Assembly: GCA_043228905.1 (NCBI GenBank)
Contig: JBHGNT010000004.1
Span: 5,022,001 to 5,086,000 of the forward strand
Origin: Azolla caroliniana
Taxonomy: Eukaryota > Plantae > Polypodiophyta
Length of the DNA: 64,000 nt
Reading direction: 5' to 3'
Made by a program: the position numbers and the translations under genes. The notes below the pieces were generated by a model. The model did no database searches and was not told the DNA's origin. It was given only the letters and a program-made list of their open reading frames with translations. Positions 63,821 through 64,000 of this stretch are shown here, in pieces. Position 1 is the stretch's first letter. Each line of letters starts with the position of its first letter.

Positions 63821-64000
63821 AGGATACTCTGGAAGTTCATCTATTTACCAGAATGCCCTTGGAAGTTCCAAATTTACCAAACTATCCCTATGTCTAAAAA
63901 ATTACACTTTATAAAGTAATTATACACTCAAATCTACAAGCCTTATTTACCAAAGATGGAAGAAATGGACCTGAACTAGCCCTATTTACCAAAGATTTGA

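Noticed and set aside
63820-64000. Possible transposon end with TTTACCA subterminal repeats next to (TA)n
   Set aside because: Cut by the window edge, so no partner terminus or TSD is visible.

Overview
Eukaryotic land-plant nuclear DNA. A non-seed plant such as a fern is likely, inferred from the gene structures, the (GA)n-rich promoters and the Tcn1-like and tRNA-Trp-primed retroelements. The left half (1-27 kb) is a gene island with a 15-exon ARIADNE RBR E3 ligase (+), an intronless Mediator subunit MED32/MED2 (+), an 11-exon synaptotagmin CLB1/SYT7 (-) and several LINE remnants. The right half (33.7-62.9 kb) is a nest of at least seven LTR retrotransposon pieces whose termini, PBS/PPT and target-site duplications (TSDs) can be read by eye. 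The most striking structure is a young chromovirus (48777-55940) whose two LTRs both end TAATA instead of TAACA. Its 3' LTR keeps the unprocessed TT dinucleotide and is capped by a perfect 112-bp inverted copy of the LTR start, with the 5-bp TSD outside the cap, so it apparently integrated using two U3 ends. Other notable features are a gag-only, tRNA-Trp-primed LTR family that appears to insert at ACGT with a 4-bp TSD, a Tf1-style self-priming Tcn1-like LTR that contains a tRNA-like cassette, and a 56-nt-periodic stem-loop array in the chromovirus leader. All coordinates were read manually and no database searches were run.
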